Below are positions 16,258 to 25,208 of a DNA stretch of 64,000 nt, in pieces (position 1 is the stretch's first letter; every line of letters starts with the position of its first letter). The translations under genes and the position numbers were made by a program. The notes under the pieces are model-generated. The model made no database searches. It had not been told where the DNA came from and was given only the letters and a program-made list of their open reading frames with translations. Where the stretch lies: the NCBI GenBank assembly GCA_964459835.1, contig CAYWPA010000004.1, positions 7,765 to 71,764 on the forward strand, given 5' to 3'. The DNA is from an uncultured Methanosarcinales archaeon (lineage in GTDB: Archaea > Nanobdellota > Nanobdellia > Woesearchaeales > UBA12501).

Positions 16258-16288
16258 TTTATAAATATTTGGTATTTTCTGTATATAC
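16258..16288. promoter_or_regulatory. Back-to-back TATA boxes in a 36-nt divergent intergenic region
   Basis: TTTATAAATA (16258-16267) lies about 25 nt from the ATG at 16289. GTATATAC (16281-16288) lies about 30 nt from the ATG at 16252. This implies leaderless transcripts. Confidence 0.45.
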
Positions 16289-17560
16289 ATGCATACAGAG
16301 AAAATCTATCTGGAAACGTACGGCTGCAGCCATAACCAGTCTGATTCAGAGACAATGGCAGGGCTGCTAAAGGAAGAAGGGTACAAGGTTGTCAATAGCG
16401 CAGAGGATGCTGATTTGGTTATAGTCAATAGCTGCACTGTGAAAAATCTTGCTGAGAGCAAGTTCTTCAAAAGGCTGAAGGAGCTTGAGCAGCAGAAAAA
16501 GAAAATAATAGCTGCAGGGTGTGTGCCGCAGGCTGAGAGAAGCTATGTTGATACAAAGCTGAAGGGTTTTTCAATCATAGGAACAACACAGATATCCAGC
16601 ATTGTAAATGTTGCAAGGGAGACATTGAATGATAATAGGGTAGTTTTGCTGCAGAAAAGCCATAATCCAAGATTAAACCTTCCAAAAATAAGAAAAAATC
16701 CAATTGTTGAAATAATTCCGATAAACAATGGCTGCTTAGGAAGCTGTACTTTCTGCAAGACAAAATTCTCACGCGGCCATCTGCTTTCTTTTGAAGTTTC
16801 AGAAATAAAAAAGCAGTTTGAAAATGCAGTCAAAGACGGATGCAAAGAAATTTGGCTGACATCAGAAGATACTGCTGTTTATGGCCAGGATATTAATTCA
16901 AATATTGTTTGGTTGTTGAAAGAATTATTGGAAACTGAAGGCGATTATAAGATAAGATTAGGCATGGGCAATCCTGACCATTTTATCAAATATCAAGAAG
17001 AATTAATTGAAATCCTAAACCATCCAAAAATGTTCAAGTTCCTTCATATTCCCATGCAGGCAGGAAGCAACAGGATACTTGGGTTAATGAAAAGAAACTA
17101 TACAAAAGATGAATTTTTGGCCATTGTAAAAAAAGTGCAAAAAGAAATACCAGAAATAACAATTGCAACTGATGCAATCTGCGGCTTTCCGACTGAGACA
17201 GAGGAAGAGTTTCAGGAGACAATTGAAGTTATTAAAGAAATCAAGCCTGTTGTTCTGAACATTTCAAGATTCTGGGCAAGGCCTGGAACACTTGCAGCAG
17301 GTATGGAGCAGATTCCAGGAAGAATAACTAAAGAAAGGTCTTCAAGATTAAAAGAAGTCTTTGAAGAGCTTGCCCTTGAAAAAAACAAAGAGTGGGTTGG
17401 CTGGAAAGGCGAAGTTATGGTTGACGAATACGGAAAAAACAACACCTTTGTCGGGAGAAATTATGCCTACAAGCCAATAATCATTTCTGGAGATTACAAT
17501 ATTGGAGAAAAAATAAATGTAGAAATAAAGTCTGCAACAAAGTATGACTTAAGGGCTTAA
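16289..17560 (+). CDS. Radical-SAM methylthiotransferase, archaeal MiaB-like/CDKAL1-type
   Basis: MTTase N-domain TYGCSHNQSDSE, radical SAM CLGSCTFC, C-terminal TRAM-like domain. Confidence 0.9.
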   Translation: MHTEKIYLETYGCSHNQSDSETMAGLLKEEGYKVVNSAEDADLVIVNSCTVKNLAESKFFKRLKELEQQKKKIIAAGCVPQAERSYVDTKLKGFSIIGTTQISSIVNVARETLNDNRVVLLQKSHNPRLNLPKIRKNPIVEIIPINNGCLGSCTFCKTKFSRGHLLSFEVSEIKKQFENAVKDGCKEIWLTSEDTAVYGQDINSNIVWLLKELLETEGDYKIRLGMGNPDHFIKYQEELIEILNHPKMFKFLHIPMQAGSNRILGLMKRNYTKDEFLAIVKKVQKEIPEITIATDAICGFPTETEEEFQETIEVIKEIKPVVLNISRFWARPGTLAAGMEQIPGRITKERSSRLKEVFEELALEKNKEWVGWKGEVMVDEYGKNNTFVGRNYAYKPIIISGDYNIGEKINVEIKSATKYDLRA

Positions 17561-17570
17561 TTTTTCACTT

Positions 17571-17750
17571 CTATTCATCAGCAGTGCCTTCAAACTCAGC
17601 GCCGCATTCATGGCAGAAATTATCGCTTTCCTCAATATCAGCTCCGCACTCGCACTCAAAAGTCTCTACATCAGGAAGCTCTTCTCCGCAGTGCCTGCAG
17701 TACAGATCATCTTTTCTTGCTCCCTTTCCGCAGCCCGTGCACTTGTCCAT
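17571..17750 (-). CDS. Double zinc-ribbon protein (59 aa)
   Basis: MDKCTGCGKGARKDDLYCRHCGEELPDVETFECECGADIEESDNFCHECGAEFEGTADE. One residue below the ORF-track cutoff. Confidence 0.55.
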   Translation of the reverse strand: MDKCTGCGKGARKDDLYCRHCGEELPDVETFECECGADIEESDNFCHECGAEFEGTADE

Positions 17751-17793
17751 GTATTGATTTTTAGGATAGGTAATATTTAAAGTTAATGGTATG

Positions 17794-18711
17794 CTATATT
17801 TTTCTTAGGTGTACATAAGCATGCCTGTCGCGTACACTTTCACCTATATCCTTGCCTACAAGCCAATCTGAAAGCTCTTTAACTCTCTGAAAATTATTTA
17901 TTGCTTTTACTAACAAATGTTCTGCCCTTACACTGCCAATGGTTGTTCTTAAATTATCATTAATTAGGCCAAGTATTTTTTCGTAATCTTTCCTTAGGTT
18001 ATTTTCACTATAAGTAGATCTATCTTCTTCATAATATTCAACACTAAATCCATTCTTTTGGCCAAATGCCTGAAAATCTGACTGTGCATAATCTTGCCTA
18101 AGCTCTTTATTTCTAGTTAATATTATTTGGCGCCCATGTTCCTCGCTAAGCAGCTTTCCAACTATCCCAAGAAAATATGAATCCATGGAAATAATTTCTT
18201 GACCCCTTATAGTTACATTGAATATGTACTCTCCATTCTGTTTTAGTGCTTTGTAAATTTCCTGAAATGCTGTTTGAGGATTTAAAAAATAATCAAATGC
18301 GTTAACTGATACAATTTTATCAGCTCCTTGGACAACTGTTGAGAGTTCTTCTACAGGCGCTATTTTAAATTCTATATTTTTATCTTGTTCAAATTTTTTT
18401 CTGGTGTATTCAAGCATGGCTTCTGAAGGATCAACAGCAATAATTCTTGCATCAGGACTCATAATACGGATTCTTTGTGTTGAAAAACCTGTTCCGCAGC
18501 CAAGGTCGACAATTACATCTTCTGGATTGTATGTTGTTAAATTCAATACTTTATCAATATACAAAGAATACCTATCAATCTTTCTTCCATAATCTTCCTC
18601 AAAAAATGCAGCAATCTTTTTGTGTTTAAATACAGCAAGCGGATTTTCTTTTGAGAGGTCAGGGCCAACTTTTAGTTCCAATCTTTTTGGAAGTTTAATT
18701 TTCACTGCCAA
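17794..18711 (-). CDS. Class I SAM-dependent methyltransferase
   Basis: Motif I VIVDLGCGTGFST. Confidence 0.8.
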   Translation of the reverse strand: MAVKIKLPKRLELKVGPDLSKENPLAVFKHKKIAAFFEEDYGRKIDRYSLYIDKVLNLTTYNPEDVIVDLGCGTGFSTQRIRIMSPDARIIAVDPSEAMLEYTRKKFEQDKNIEFKIAPVEELSTVVQGADKIVSVNAFDYFLNPQTAFQEIYKALKQNGEYIFNVTIRGQEIISMDSYFLGIVGKLLSEEHGRQIILTRNKELRQDYAQSDFQAFGQKNGFSVEYYEEDRSTYSENNLRKDYEKILGLINDNLRTTIGSVRAEHLLVKAINNFQRVKELSDWLVGKDIGESVRDRHAYVHLRKI

Positions 18712-19310
18712 CGAAAACCAACCCTTTTTAGAGCATCATAAACTTCTTCAGGAGTTATATTGATCATGCTCCAAGTATAATCAAGAGATTTTCCTGGATT
18801 CAATGATTCAAAAGGAAATTGATTAGGCTCTCCCCAATCATAAATTGGCTTGTGAACCAAAGGTTTAATTCCTGATGGACTCTTTTTTATCTCTTCTCCA
18901 TGCCTGTCGTGATAAGTCAAGACCCTTTGAGAAGGAATATCGTTAACTGCAAAAACCACATTATCTCTAAAATCCCCAGTATATCCGAAATCAGAAGCGA
19001 TTGCCAAACCGTCTATTTTAAATGTATCCACCATGACATGTGGTATTTGTAGTTCAAATCCTTGGCAAACACCATCTAAACTAGGTAGCCTTAGAGTTTT
19101 GCCTGAACGGCCATTTAGCCATCTTTGAAGAAATTCTTCCGGTGTTTGAATATAAACATCTCCCCTGGAATAAAAGCGTATCAATTTTTCTTCAATCTCT
19201 GCCCTATCATCTGAATCTAATCTCAATTCATCAGTTAAATTACTTAGAAAATGCATCCTGTATATTCCTTTTGGATAATTGCTCAAAAATGCTAATTGTT
19301 CATTAACCAT
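18702..19310 (-). CDS. Hypothetical protein (202 aa), co-operonic with the methyltransferase
   Basis: 10-nt overlap with the downstream methyltransferase gene. No motif recognised. Confidence 0.55.
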   Translation of the reverse strand: MVNEQLAFLSNYPKGIYRMHFLSNLTDELRLDSDDRAEIEEKLIRFYSRGDVYIQTPEEFLQRWLNGRSGKTLRLPSLDGVCQGFELQIPHVMVDTFKIDGLAIASDFGYTGDFRDNVVFAVNDIPSQRVLTYHDRHGEEIKKSPSGIKPLVHKPIYDWGEPNQFPFESLNPGKSLDYTWSMINITPEEVYDALKRVGFRWQ

Positions 19311-19520
19311 GTTATTTTCTATATTTAAAATAATCCATTATTTAAATATTTCTATTTTTACTACTTTAAGATTAGAAAAATGTAATCTTAATCTAAGCTT
19401 TCTCTCAAAAACCAACAACTTTAAAAACCCCAGCTTCATCTTAATTTTTGTGAAAAGAGAAGGAACTAACGCTTTTAAGCGCTTTCTCAGTTAATAAAAA
19501 CTGTTATAGGGTGAATATAG

Positions 19521-19880
19521 ATTAAAAAGCATATCAAACCGGTTATACCAAGTTTAAAGGAGAGAAAACGCTATTTAGCCTTTGAAATCATCTCAAAACA
19601 GCCAATAAACGACTTAAAGGCTGTTTCTGAGGCTATCTGGCAGTCTACACTCGGCTTTTTAGGAGAAAAAACAACAGCTGAAGCAGGCTTATGGGTACTG
19701 CAAGACAAGTACAACAAAGCAAAGCAGAGAGGTATATTAAAAGTGAATAACAGGCATGTACAAGGGCTTAAAACAAGCCTTATGCTTGTCAAAATGATCA
19801 ACAATGCCAATGTTACATTTCATACATTGGGCGTTTCAGGAGTGCTGAAAAAGGCTGAAAATAAGTATATAGCAGCTTAG
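19521..19880 (+). CDS. rnp2: RNase P protein component 2 (Pop5/Rpp14)
   Basis: Translation ...KPVIPSLKERKRYLAFEIIS...AIWQSTLGFLGE...GILKVNNRHV...LGVSGVLKKA matches archaeal Pop5 along its whole length. The frame opens right after the TAG at 19518-19520 and holds no in-frame ATG/GTG/TTG near the 5' end. Confidence 0.8.
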   Translation: MKKHIKPVIPSLKERKRYLAFEIISKQPINDLKAVSEAIWQSTLGFLGEKTTAEAGLWVLQDKYNKAKQRGILKVNNRHVQGLKTSLMLVKMINNANVTFHTLGVSGVLKKAENKYIAA

Positions 19881-19891
19881 GAGGTAAGAAC

Positions 19892-20626
19892 ATGCAGCCA
19901 TCAATGAGCCATCAGGTAATGGGATATGACAGGGCAATAACAATGTTTAGCCCTGACGGAAGATTATTGCAGGTAGAGTATGCCAAGAAAACAGTCAAGC
20001 AGGGCTCCACAGCCATAGGAATGGTTTGCAAAGACGGAGTGCTGTTAGTAACAGACAAGAGATTGGTAGATTCTTTGATAGTAAAAGAAGCTGTTGAAAA
20101 GATATTCAAAGTTGATGACCATATCACTGCAACAGCAGCAGGAATATTATCTGATGCAAGGGTTCTTGTTGAGACAGCGCAGCTAAAAGCACAGCAGCAT
20201 AGAGTTACATACGACAATCCTATAGATATTTTAAGTGTTGTAAAAGCAATATGCGATTTGAAGCAGATATGCACACAGTCGGGAGGCTTAAGGCCTTTCG
20301 GTGTTTCTCTATTGTTATGTGGTGTGGATGACAACGGCCCAAGCCTTTACCAGACAGACCCTACTGGAATTTATTTCCAATACTATGCTGTTGTTATCGG
20401 CGAAGGAGATACAGAGATTGAGGAAATTCTGAAAAAGGAATATAAAAAAGACATCTCAATCGAAGATGGATTGAAAATTGCAATAAGATCACTAACTAAA
20501 GTTCTTGATGACAACTTCAGTGTTGAAAGAATCGATGCTGCTTATGTAAATACAACAAACAAGCAGTTTACAAAAGTTGCAAGGGACAAGATAGAAGCAG
20601 TATTCAAGGAAGTTAAGAAGAAATGA
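19892..20626 (+). CDS. psmA: Proteasome subunit alpha
   Basis: YDRAITMFSPDGRLLQVEYA. AGGAGGT upstream. Confidence 0.97.
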   Translation: MQPSMSHQVMGYDRAITMFSPDGRLLQVEYAKKTVKQGSTAIGMVCKDGVLLVTDKRLVDSLIVKEAVEKIFKVDDHITATAAGILSDARVLVETAQLKAQQHRVTYDNPIDILSVVKAICDLKQICTQSGGLRPFGVSLLLCGVDDNGPSLYQTDPTGIYFQYYAVVIGEGDTEIEEILKKEYKKDISIEDGLKIAIRSLTKVLDDNFSVERIDAAYVNTTNKQFTKVARDKIEAVFKEVKKK

Positions 20627-21345
20627 GCATCAAAGGCAGAATTACAATGGAAGGGGAAAGGGTTGCCTTCAATCTTGCAAAACTGAAGAAAGGCGGTCTT
20701 AAGTTTGAGATAGCAGTTGACCCTGACCTGGCAATTTCTTTTAAAGAAGGAAAAAATGTTGATGTCAAAGATGTTCTGAAATCAGAGAAAATATTCAACG
20801 ATGTTAGCCAGGGAGAGCATACCTCAGAGCACAAGCTTAAAGAGCTTTTTGGAACAGATGATGTTTTGCAGATTGCAAAGAAGATACTGCAGGAAGGGGA
20901 GATCCAGCTTACTCTTGAATACAGGGAGCAGGTAAGGGAAAGAAAAAGAAAAAAAATAATGGATATAATCCACAGAAACGGGATTGACCCGAGAACAAAG
21001 CTTCCTATCCCTCCACAAAGGATAGAGAATGCATTTGAAGAGGCAAAAATCAAGATCAATGAGTTTAGGACGGCAGAAGACCAGGTGGATGATGTTCTGA
21101 AAAAGCTGAAGCCTGTGATGCCTATAAGCTTTGCAACAAAAAAGATAATGGTGATAATACCATCAGCATATGCCTCAAAGGCATACCATACATTAAGCAT
21201 GTTCGCAAAGCCTCAGAATGAAAAATGGAATAATGACGGAAGCTACCAGTGCGTTATAGAAATACCTGCAGGAGTCGAGGCTGATTTCTATGACAAGATA
21301 AACGGCTTCACACACGGAGATGTACAAACAGACGTAATAGAGTGA
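20623..21345 (+). CDS. sdo1: SBDS-family ribosome maturation protein
   Basis: FYSH-domain-like N-terminus (LKKGGLKFEIAVDP). Sits in the superoperon between psmA and rrp4. Confidence 0.85.
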   Translation: MSIKGRITMEGERVAFNLAKLKKGGLKFEIAVDPDLAISFKEGKNVDVKDVLKSEKIFNDVSQGEHTSEHKLKELFGTDDVLQIAKKILQEGEIQLTLEYREQVRERKRKKIMDIIHRNGIDPRTKLPIPPQRIENAFEEAKIKINEFRTAEDQVDDVLKKLKPVMPISFATKKIMVIIPSAYASKAYHTLSMFAKPQNEKWNNDGSYQCVIEIPAGVEADFYDKINGFTHGDVQTDVIE

Positions 21346-21350
21346 TAAAA

Positions 21351-22094
21351 ATGGAAGAAAGCAAATTATTATGCAAAGACAAGGATGTTGTTGTGCCTGG
21401 AGAAGTTTTGGCAGAAGGAATGGACTTTTTTCCGTCCTTCGGAACATACAGGCTGGAAAATACAATAAGGGCCAACAGGCTTGGCATGGTGAAGATTGAC
21501 GGAAAAGTCCTGAAGCTTATACCGCTGACAGGAAGATACAATCCAAGATATGGGGATACTGTCATAGGCAAAGTTACAGATATACTTATGATGGGATGGA
21601 GGCTTAATGTTAACTGTGCCTACGAGGCATTGTTGTCTGTAAGGGAAATTTCAAGAGGGCCTATTGATATGTCAAAATTTTATGAGTTAGGTGATTATAT
21701 TGTCTGCAAGATCGTAAAAGTTACAAACATGAAATACATTGACGTTACAACAAGAGGGCCTGGATTAAGAAAGTTGTCAGGCGGAAGAATCTTTGAGGTA
21801 AACACCCATAAGGTCCCAAGAATAATAGGAAAACAGGGAAGCATGGTGATGATGATCAAAGATGCAACAGGCTGCAAAATCGTAGTCGGGCAGAACGGCT
21901 TTGTCTGGCTTGAAGGAGATCCTGAAATGGAAGTGATTGCTGTTGAAGCAATAAAAAAGATTGAAAAGGAAAGCCACTTAGAAGGCTTGACAGAAAGAAT
22001 CAAAGAATTCCTTGAAAAAAAGACAAAAGGAAAAATAAAAGCAGCAGAAAAAGAATCAAAAGAAACAGAAGAAGAACAGGAGATAAGTGATTAA
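21351..22094 (+). CDS. rrp4: Exosome complex RNA-binding protein Rrp4
   Basis: N-terminal domain, S1 and KH (GKQGSMVMMIK) architecture. Start taken at the ATG after the SBDS stop. Confidence 0.9.
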   Translation: MEESKLLCKDKDVVVPGEVLAEGMDFFPSFGTYRLENTIRANRLGMVKIDGKVLKLIPLTGRYNPRYGDTVIGKVTDILMMGWRLNVNCAYEALLSVREISRGPIDMSKFYELGDYIVCKIVKVTNMKYIDVTTRGPGLRKLSGGRIFEVNTHKVPRIIGKQGSMVMMIKDATGCKIVVGQNGFVWLEGDPEMEVIAVEAIKKIEKESHLEGLTERIKEFLEKKTKGKIKAAEKESKETEEEQEISD

Positions 22095-22095
22095 G

Positions 22096-22815
22096 ATGGC
22101 TTACACTAAAAGATTAGACGGAAGAAAAAGCTTTGATGAATTAAGGGAAATGGATGCAAAGGCAGGTGTAATTCCAAGGGCTGATGGCTCAGCTTACTTT
22201 AGAATAGGAAAGACAGAGGCATATGCAGCTGTTTATGGCCCTAGAGAGCTGCACCCCAAATATATGCAGGACCCTAAAAAAGGGGTTTTAAGGTGCAATT
22301 ATGAAATGCTGCCTTTTTCAGGATCAGGAGATAGGGTAAGGCCTGGCCCAAACAGAAGGGCAAGGGAGATTTCAATGGTAACAGAGAAAGCTTTAGCTCC
22401 TGTTGTTGACTTAAGCGAATATCCAACAGCAGTTGTTGATGTTTTCATAAACTTTCCACAGACAGATGCAGGAAGCAGATGCGCTGGAATATGCGCTGCT
22501 GCAATTGCTTTGGCAGATGCAGGAATCCATTTAAAAGACTTAGTCTGTGCTGTCAGCGTAGGCAAAGTGGATGACAAAATTGTTGTTGACATGGACTATA
22601 ATGAAGAGGCTTATGAAGACGGCCCTGTCGCAGATGTTCCAATTGCTGTCATACCAAGCACAGGAGAGATAACTTTGCTGCAGATGGATGGGGAAATTTC
22701 AAAAGAAGAATTGTTCAAGGCGCTTGAAGCAGGAAAGAAGGCAATTCAGAAGATATATGAATTGCAGAAAAAAGCCTTAAAGGAAAAATACAAGTCAGAG
22801 AGTGATGACAAATGA
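22096..22815 (+). CDS. rrp41: Exosome complex exonuclease Rrp41 (RNase PH fold)
   Basis: RLDGRKSFDELR..., GSAYFRIGKT, RRAREIS. Confidence 0.92.
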   Translation: MAYTKRLDGRKSFDELREMDAKAGVIPRADGSAYFRIGKTEAYAAVYGPRELHPKYMQDPKKGVLRCNYEMLPFSGSGDRVRPGPNRRAREISMVTEKALAPVVDLSEYPTAVVDVFINFPQTDAGSRCAGICAAAIALADAGIHLKDLVCAVSVGKVDDKIVVDMDYNEEAYEDGPVADVPIAVIPSTGEITLLQMDGEISKEELFKALEAGKKAIQKIYELQKKALKEKYKSESDDK

Positions 22816-23579
22816 ATGAGAGCTTAAAAAAACACCTGGCAGACTGCCTTGCAAAAGGCATAAGGCTTGACAGAAGAAAACTTGATGAATACAGAAAAGT
22901 TTCAGTAGAATACGGGATATCAAAATCAGCAGAAGGATCTGCAAGAGTAATTATTGGAGATACAGTGGTCTTAGCTGGAGTAAAGCTAAGCATCGTAAAG
23001 CCATATCCGGATACTCCTGATGCAGGAAGCTTGATGGTTGATGCGCAGCTTTTGCCGCTATCTTCACCAGAGTTTGAGACCGGTCCGCCTGGAATTGAGG
23101 CAATAGAGGTTGCAAGGGTTGTTGACAGGGGAATAAGGGAAGCAAAATCCATAGATGTAAAGAAGCTTTGCATTGAAGTAGGAGAAAAGGTATGGATGGT
23201 TTCAATCGATGTCTGCACTATCAACGATGCAGGGAATATCCTGGATGCTGCAGGACTGGCAGCAATAGCTGCCTTAGGGGATGCTAAATTTCCTAAGTAT
23301 GATGGAACTGAAATTGACTACAAGCAGCATACAAATGAGAAGCTTCCTTTGGCAAAGCACCCTGTACCTGTTACTGTCTACAAGCTTGGGAACACTCTTT
23401 TTGTTGACCCAACCACAGAAGAGCATAATGCTTATGATGCAAAGCTTACAATAACAACAACAAACGGCCATATTTGCGCTTTGCAGAAAGGAGGAGATTC
23501 TCCTTTAACAATTGACGACATCAAAAAGATGGTTGAGCTTGGCGTGAAAAAAGCAGAAGAGCTCAGGAAGAAATTATAG
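22812..23579 (+). CDS. rrp42: Exosome complex component Rrp42
   Basis: [13 protein letters not shown], RNase PH-like fold, ATGA overlap with rrp41. Confidence 0.9.
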   Translation: MNESLKKHLADCLAKGIRLDRRKLDEYRKVSVEYGISKSAEGSARVIIGDTVVLAGVKLSIVKPYPDTPDAGSLMVDAQLLPLSSPEFETGPPGIEAIEVARVVDRGIREAKSIDVKKLCIEVGEKVWMVSIDVCTINDAGNILDAAGLAAIAALGDAKFPKYDGTEIDYKQHTNEKLPLAKHPVPVTVYKLGNTLFVDPTTEEHNAYDAKLTITTTNGHICALQKGGDSPLTIDDIKKMVELGVKKAEELRKKL

Positions 23580-23587
23580 GTGGAAAA

Positions 23588-23827
23588 ATGAAATACACAA
23601 AATACGAAAAGGCAAGAATGCTTGGTGCAAGGGCTTTGCAGATTTCAATGGGCGCGCCAATGCTTGTAAAGCTGAGTGAAAAAGAGCTTGAAGAGCTAAA
23701 GTACAGCCCTTTGGAGATTGCAAAGAAGGAGTTTGAGCAGGACAAAATTCCGATTGAAATAAAGAGAAGCATTCCCAAGCCAAAAGAAGCGGCAAAAGAG
23801 CAGAATGAGCAACCAAGTAACACCTGA
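23588..23827 (+). CDS. rpoK: DNA-directed RNA polymerase subunit K (Rpo6)
   Basis: [21 protein letters not shown]. Confidence 0.9.
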   Translation: MKYTKYEKARMLGARALQISMGAPMLVKLSEKELEELKYSPLEIAKKEFEQDKIPIEIKRSIPKPKEAAKEQNEQPSNT

Positions 23828-24089
23828 AAGGATTAAGAAGTATTTTTCTATAACAAAAGAAGCTCTTTCTGCAGCAGAAAAAGCTGTAAACAAGGAAAGA
23901 TTGTCTGAAGCAGAGGATTTTCTTGACATGGCGCAGCGCTATTATGAGGATGCAAAACATTTTGAGAAAAAAGGAGACATTGTAACTGCTTTTGCAGCTC
24001 TGAATTATGCCCATGGCTGGTTGGATGCTGGAGCAAGAATAAGGCTGTTTAAAGTCAACGACAGCAGATTGTTTACTGTTGATGATTAA
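23805..24089 (+). CDS. DUF357-like protein
   Basis: ...[34 protein letters not shown] motif. Confidence 0.65.
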   Translation: MSNQVTPERIKKYFSITKEALSAAEKAVNKERLSEAEDFLDMAQRYYEDAKHFEKKGDIVTAFAALNYAHGWLDAGARIRLFKVNDSRLFTVDD

Positions 24090-24101
24090 GTGTTTTATTG
24101 A

Positions 24102-25088
24102 TTATTTTTCTATTTTAGGATAAGTTCCGGGTTCCATGAAGACTTTTTCTATCTTTACAACAACACCTCTCTCAAATTTCTGCATATCCTTATCATCCAT
24201 GTTAGTCCTTCCTAATCCAATCAATTCATCTTTCAAAGTCATTACAGCCACAATTTGGTCTTTTTCTATAGGAGAATTAAACTTTGCAAGACCTGGAGCC
24301 TTTAAGTCTGCACCATGGCATATTGTGTCAACAGCTGTATCAACAGCCCAGGCTTTCGGAAGATGTGCAACAGCATTTTCCATTGGCTGCACAGCTTTTC
24401 TTAACAGGCTGTCGTCATTCTTTTCCTTATAATACCAGAAAGCATCTGCCAAGTCATGAAGCGTTACCAAAGTTGTTTTATCAAATGGGCCTGCTTTTGT
24501 CCTTCTCAATTCTGCCATATGCGCCCCAATTTTCATCTTGACGCCAATATCATGGATGAGCTTCCTTATGTATGTTCCTGCTTCGCATCCAACTATAAAC
24601 AAAACATCTTTTTCTTTTATCTCCAGGATATCAAGATAATAAATCTGCCTGAACCTTTCCCTTCTTTTAACTGCAGACTTTATTGGAGGGAGCTGCTTTA
24701 TCCTACCGACAAAATTGTTGCACGCTTCCCTTATGTTATATTCCTCTGCTTCTTTATGGAGATGCATTATTGCAACATACTCCTTTCCTGCATTCAGCAG
24801 AGCCTGAACAACCCTTGTTGCCCTGCTTATTGCAATAGGGAGGCATCCTGTAACATTAGGATCTAAAGTTCCTGCATGGCCACCTTTGTCTACGCCGAGA
24901 ATTTTTTGGGCATATGCAGAAACCTGATGGCTTGTAGGGCCTCTAGGCTTATCTATATTGATTATGCCATATTTAAGAAGCTCTTCAGTTGCCCTTTTCT
25001 CAGGCCTGCAGCCGAATTTATCAGAAGTTTTTTCTTCTCTCTTTACAATGATTTTTCTCTTTTTTTCTTCAAAAGGAAGTTTTGCCAT
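24102..25088 (-). CDS. cbf5: H/ACA RNP pseudouridine synthase Cbf5 (TruB family)
   Basis: INIDKPRGPTSHQV, GHAGTLDP, C-terminal PUA domain. Confidence 0.95.
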   Translation of the reverse strand: MAKLPFEEKKRKIIVKREEKTSDKFGCRPEKRATEELLKYGIINIDKPRGPTSHQVSAYAQKILGVDKGGHAGTLDPNVTGCLPIAISRATRVVQALLNAGKEYVAIMHLHKEAEEYNIREACNNFVGRIKQLPPIKSAVKRRERFRQIYYLDILEIKEKDVLFIVGCEAGTYIRKLIHDIGVKMKIGAHMAELRRTKAGPFDKTTLVTLHDLADAFWYYKEKNDDSLLRKAVQPMENAVAHLPKAWAVDTAVDTICHGADLKAPGLAKFNSPIEKDQIVAVMTLKDELIGLGRTNMDDKDMQKFERGVVVKIEKVFMEPGTYPKIEK

Positions 25089-25208
25089 GGTCCTGTGAAT
25101 GTTAGGCAGTTTAAAAATCTTATTACAATATTTAACTACTTTATAGTAATAGGAAAGAAAAAATTTATATAGTGGTCAAGCTTGCGGAATAGACAAGGAG
25201 AGCTTAAA

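Noticed and set aside
19571-19810. 79-aa minus-strand ORF
   Set aside because: It is antisense to a full-length Pop5/Rpp14 reading frame, and its product is Cys/Leu-rich with no motif.
20613-24014. Long antisense ORFs inside the exosome operon (20613..21200, 21695..22003, 22715..23224, 23574..24014)
   Set aside because: Each lies opposite a gene with strong family motifs. The translations are Ser/Leu/Phe-rich low complexity, typical of antisense frames of purine-rich coding DNA.
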